The position numbers were made by a program, and so were the translations under genes. A stretch of DNA of 64,000 bases, taken from assembly GCF_009914755.1 (NCBI RefSeq), contig NC_060940.1; one strand, written 5' to 3'. Positions 62,725 through 64,000 of the stretch are shown in pieces. Position 1 is the stretch's first letter. The number at the start of each line of letters is the position of its first letter. This DNA comes from the human T2T-CHM13v2.0 reference genome, Homo sapiens. A model generated the notes under the pieces. The model saw only the letters and a program-made list of their open reading frames with translations. It did not search any database and was not told the DNA's origin.

Positions 62725-63471
62725 CTGAAAAAAAAAAACCCCACAGAAATACAATGGACTATAGAGAAGGAAAACAATGGAATGCAAAGTTATAACTATA
62801 CTACGTAGAAGAAATATCTAATTGAAATTCTTCATGTGATTAAGTCTCCTGCTAATTAATAGCTTTTTATTTTCTCATTGTAATATTTTTGAGCTCCAAA
62901 TTATTACAGGAAAATTATGCCCTAAACTCCAACTTTTCTCCTATCTTTTTTCGGATGTTCTGACACAATGACAAACTGAGGCAAGACATTAAGCACTATA
63001 TCATCTGCCAGTCTGTTTATAGGTGTACCCTCAATTCTTGAATGTTCTAACTTCTAGCAGCAGAATAACAAAAGGCAACCCTGGGCTTGGCCAGCTCAAA
63101 CAGGAAGAAAGCAAGGTGCTAAGTACCCAGCCAGCATAGGCTCAGGCTGTGAAAGGCAAGGCCATGCTAGAGAAAAAGGGAGAAGATGGACCTGGTCTGG
63201 AGGCCTAACCAGCAGTCTGACAATGCATAGTGAAACTCCATGGGAAAAGATGACATGAACTTAGTTGAAAGAGGTTGGCAAATGCAAAATCAGGGCTGTA
63301 AAATGCAAGGGGAATAACCTTTAACTCCATGAAAACCAAAACTTGGATAGGGTCACACATCAAGATGATGATGATGCCAGGATCAGTGACAGCTCCTACT
63401 CAACTGCTAGGCTAATGGCCTCTAAAGTGGACTTTGCCATCCTTTGACCATCAGAGCCAAGGGAGTCTTAC

Positions 63472-63948
63472 CAAGTCTGTTTGGGAACAGCACTGGCAGG
63501 TCTAGTTTCCTGACTTCCTGGCCAGGATTCCTGAAGTCCTTTTCATCCCTGTCTGCACCATCCACAGTGCCATCTTCTACCTCCGTGGGTTCCCCATTCT
63601 GGTGATTCAGCTCTCCAGCCTCAATATCACTTCCTTCTTGGCCAGGAACAGCATCGCTTGCCATAGGAGGTGCAGAGGCCCAGGAGCCTGAAAGAGCATT
63701 CATTTCCTCATAAAAGATACAAGGCTCAGGCACACGGCCTCTCCTCACTTTGCGGTAACTCAACTGTAGGCTTTTGAACTTGGTGCGACACTGTTCTGGG
63801 GTCCGCAGAAAACCCTGCTCCCAGAGTCCTTCCGCCATGGCCCTGTAGATCTGGCTGTTCTGCTGACAGGTCTGGAGTTTTCCATAAAATTGAGAACTAC
63901 TAAGAATAGCCAGGAGCGTCTTGGTCTCTTCATAGCCCCAGGGCACAC
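63472..63948 (-). CDS. ZSCAN32: ZSCAN32 penultimate coding exon, Myb/SANT-like (Myb_DNA-bind_4) domain
   Basis: 477-nt phase 1-1 exon (CAG|GT GTG CCC TGG ... CTT G|GTAAG), [32 protein letters not shown]; splices in frame to 62724. Confidence 0.92.
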
Positions 63949-64000
63949 CTGTTGCTGGGGGACAAAGAATAGGTCAATTAGATCTGTCAGTTAGATCATG

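Overview
Human (hominoid) genomic DNA, recognisable as the 16p13.3 zinc-finger/olfactory-receptor interval: very Alu- and L1-rich, with the intact OR2C1 coding exon (+, 34985-35923), the last two coding exons and 3'UTR of ZSCAN32/ZNF434 (-, from about 61075), a processed RPL7L1 pseudogene (-, 1779-3004) and a 5.3-kb old mitochondrial insertion (NUMT, -, about 46510-51775) carrying the humanin-like ORF MTRNR2L4. The least explained signal is a fossil gene not shown by the ORF track. Two decayed Myb/SANT-like exons (+, 56208-56620 and 57186-57600) are clear paralogues of the ZSCAN32 exon at 63472-63948 and share its splice phase. Upstream lie a tentative SCAN relic (about 52320-52490) and an orphan CpG promoter (about 43900-44400). 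Together these suggest a dead ZSCAN32-like gene lying tail-to-tail with ZSCAN32, whose promoter survives and whose first intron holds the NUMT. A second fossil, a degenerate C2H2 zinc-finger array, sits on the - strand at about 980-1590. Other structural items: a twin-primed L1PA nested in an Alu nested in an older L1, a 484-bp Alu-to-Alu templated duplication, and a ~1.2-kb deletion inside the NUMT next to an Alu. Repeat subfamily names, gene names and mtDNA comparisons come from memory of consensus sequences, not from a search, and many repeat boundaries are approximate.
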